The notes beneath the pieces are model-generated. The model ran no database searches and was not told where the DNA came from. It was given only the letters and a program-made list of their open reading frames with translations. The position numbers were made by a program, and so were the translations under genes. DNA of 44,112 bases from a virus (lineage: Duplodnaviria > Caudoviricetes), in IMG/VR virus record IMGVR_UViG_3300041097_000002, positions 1-44,112 of that record, one strand, 5' to 3'. Each line of letters starts with the position of its first letter. Position 1 is the first letter of the stretch. Below are positions 42,045-44,112 of this stretch, in pieces.

Positions 42045-42391
42045 TGGAGTGCTACTGCGACTACGAGCCGGCAACCGTTTACCGGGCCAAACGCGTCACC
42101 GCGCGCACGACACATCGCTGCTACGAGTGCCATCGCACGATCCAGCCCGGCGAGCAGTACGAGAGTGTCTTCGCGATCTGGGATGGAGAGGCGAATACCG
42201 TCAAGACCTGCCGGCATTGCCTTGCGCTGCGCGACTACGTCGTCGCCCATGTGCCCTGCTCGTGCTGGACGCACGGCAACATGCGCGAAGAGGTGTTGGC
42301 CGATGCTGAGAGCTACGCGCACGAGGCTCCCGGGCTGCTGTTCGGCGCGCTGCGCCGCGAGGCGGTGATTCGGAGGGAGGCGCGGGGATGA
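42044..42391 (+). CDS. Zn-finger hypothetical protein
   Basis: AR..H.C.EC...I.PGE.Y...KTC..C motif. Confidence 0.75.
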   Translation: MECYCDYEPATVYRAKRVTARTTHRCYECHRTIQPGEQYESVFAIWDGEANTVKTCRHCLALRDYVVAHVPCSCWTHGNMREEVLADAESYAHEAPGLLFGALRREAVIRREARG

Positions 42392-42612
42392 TGAAACGCT
42401 TCCTGCTGCTCGCAATCTGCACCGCGCTGACGATCTTCTTCGCCACGCCGGCCGTGCTCGGAATCGTCGATTCGTGGTGCTACGTCGTACTCGGGCGCAC
42501 CGTTACCGGCGTGGACTGGAGCGGGGGCAACGCCATGGTCGCGTGGGCGATGCTGATCCCGATGATCGGATGCGTGTTCGTCGGTGGCTTCATTGCGGAA
42601 GAGCAGCGATGA
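42388..42612 (+). CDS. Small two-TM membrane protein
   Basis: Two hydrophobic segments, coupled at both ends. Confidence 0.65.
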   Translation: MMKRFLLLAICTALTIFFATPAVLGIVDSWCYVVLGRTVTGVDWSGGNAMVAWAMLIPMIGCVFVGGFIAEEQR

Positions 42613-42866
42613 ATGCGCCCGACATCATCCTGAGCGAACCCGGCGCCGTTGCCCTCGGCTGCGCCTTCGTGCCGGTCCTGTTCGTCGGATACCTCGCCGG
42701 GCGACTTCACGCGCTGCTCAGGCGCGAGCACGACGACGCAGACTACGCGCGGCGTCCGGGATCGAACCCGCCGCCGACATACGCAAAGCCACCGGCGCCG
42801 CCTTCTCCGCCGCCGCCCCGCGATCTCCGAGGGCGCAGACACGATGACGCGGAGGCGCGCGGCTGA
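42609..42866 (+). CDS. Membrane-anchored proline-rich protein
   Basis: TM segment followed by NPPPTYAKPPAPPSPPPPR. Confidence 0.65.
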   Translation: MNAPDIILSEPGAVALGCAFVPVLFVGYLAGRLHALLRREHDDADYARRPGSNPPPTYAKPPAPPSPPPPRDLRGRRHDDAEARG

Positions 42867-43219
42867 TGCTGCCAGACCGGCCGCTCACGCTCGCCCAAGT
42901 CGCCGAGCACCTGCAATGCTCCGAGCGCACGGTGCGCCGTGAGGTTGCAGCTGGCCGGCTCGCGGCGATCCGCATCCGTGGCCTGCTGCGCGTTGCCCCT
43001 GCTGACCTGACGGCGTATCTTTCCCGGTCGAAAACGGAGACAGCATGGCCGTCCGAAAACGCGGCGATCGATACCAGGTCCGAGTCACGATCGCTCGCGG
43101 ACAGCGTGTTGAACGCACTCTGCCCGCCGGCGCTTCCCGGGCCGACGCCCGGGCGCTCGAAGCTGCGCTCCTTCGCCGCGCGGTCGAAAATGCGAGTGGT
43201 CGAAAGCCAACCCGGCTGA
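42866..43219 (+). CDS. xis: Excisionase-like HTH protein
   Basis: LTLxQVAExLQCSERTVRR....GRL.A.RI...RV...L..YL, immediately upstream of int. Confidence 0.8.
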   Translation: MLPDRPLTLAQVAEHLQCSERTVRREVAAGRLAAIRIRGLLRVAPADLTAYLSRSKTETAWPSENAAIDTRSESRSLADSVLNALCPPALPGPTPGRSKLRSFAARSKMRVVESQPG

Positions 43220-44031
43220 TCGACGAGGCGCTGCGCCAATGGGAGCGCGACGCCAAGACGCTCAAGAGCTACCAGAAGGACCTCCGCTATCGGCTCGACG
43301 TGGTGCGCGGCTACACCGCCGGGAAAACGCTCGACGAGCTGCCCGACGTGGCCGAGAAGATCAAGACCGCAGGCAGGGACGCCAGCCTATCGACGGCGGC
43401 CATCAACCGCTATCTGGCGATCCTGCGCCGGGTCGGCAATCTCGCCGAGAAGTGGGGTTGGACCGACAAGCCGCTCGGCCGGCGCATCGAGCTACTGGCC
43501 GGCGAGCAGGCCCGCCACGTTTATCTGACGCCGGAGGAAGTGGGCCGGCTCGCCGACGCTGCCCGCTTGCCGGTCGTGCGCGACTTCATCGTGTTCGCGG
43601 CGCTCACCGGCCTGCGGCGATCGGAAATCCTCGGCCTGCAATCGGAGCAGATCCGGGGCGGTGCCGTGATGCTGGATGCCCGCACGAAGTCGGGAAAGCC
43701 TCGCATCGTCCCCCTACCACCGGAAGCCGTCGAAATCGCTGCGCAGCGCGTTCCGTGGGCGCTCGGGGCGCCGCTGCTCAACAAGGTATTCCGCGAGGCC
43801 AGGAAGGCCGCAAAACTGACCCACGTGCGCCTGCACGATCTGCGCCACACCTACGCCTCATGGCTCGCGCAGGATGGCGCCTCGATGGCCGCGATTCGCG
43901 ACCTGCTGGGCCACTCGTCGCTGTCAGTGACGAGCCGCTACGCGCACCTGGCGCGGCCGGATTTAGAGGCGGTGACGCAGAAATTGCGCGTGAGACGGGG
44001 CAACGGTGGGTCTGAAGAATCGCCCGGTTAG
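43045..44031 (+). CDS. int: Tyrosine integrase
   Basis: TGLRRSE, TKSG, HDLRHT, LLGH, RYAH catalytic residues. Adjacent to att. Confidence 0.96.
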   Translation: MAVRKRGDRYQVRVTIARGQRVERTLPAGASRADARALEAALLRRAVENASGRKPTRLIDEALRQWERDAKTLKSYQKDLRYRLDVVRGYTAGKTLDELPDVAEKIKTAGRDASLSTAAINRYLAILRRVGNLAEKWGWTDKPLGRRIELLAGEQARHVYLTPEEVGRLADAARLPVVRDFIVFAALTGLRRSEILGLQSEQIRGGAVMLDARTKSGKPRIVPLPPEAVEIAAQRVPWALGAPLLNKVFREARKAAKLTHVRLHDLRHTYASWLAQDGASMAAIRDLLGHSSLSVTSRYAHLARPDLEAVTQKLRVRRGNGGSEESPG

Positions 44032-44057
44032 TGACTGCTATCGCCGAAAGTGGCTAT

Positions 44058-44112
<55 letters not shown>

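Overview
The window is one apparently complete, GC-rich temperate siphovirus-type prophage of about 44 kb. It is integrated into the anticodon region of a tRNA-Ser(CGA) gene, and the att repeats form the two ends of the window. The minus strand, read right to left, carries cro/cII-like genes, two DNA methyltransferases, a SNF2-like helicase, a DUF1376-type initiator with internal iterons, a T7/Twinkle-type primase-helicase, two free-standing HNH homing endonucleases and a Q-like late regulator. It then carries the packaging HNH, cos, terminases, portal, protease, HK97 capsid, a four-gene head-appendage block, connector/tail genes with a G/GT -1 frameshift, tape measure, Dit, tail tip and lysis genes, and ends with a stand-alone LytTR gene. 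The plus strand carries a lambda-CI-like repressor without a protease domain plus a coupled small gene, an early operon (Bet/Exo and many small genes joined by short direct repeats), xis and int, and two small morons. The most unusual observations are: (1) Sec-type signal peptides on two virion-type proteins; (2) integration appears to swap the tRNA-Ser variable arm; (3) a non-autocleavable repressor with a translationally coupled partner; (4) homing endonucleases that appear to have captured or replaced the 5' ends of their target genes; (5) RBS-containing direct repeats bounding accessory gene cassettes. All product calls come from motif recognition and gene order by eye; no searches were run.
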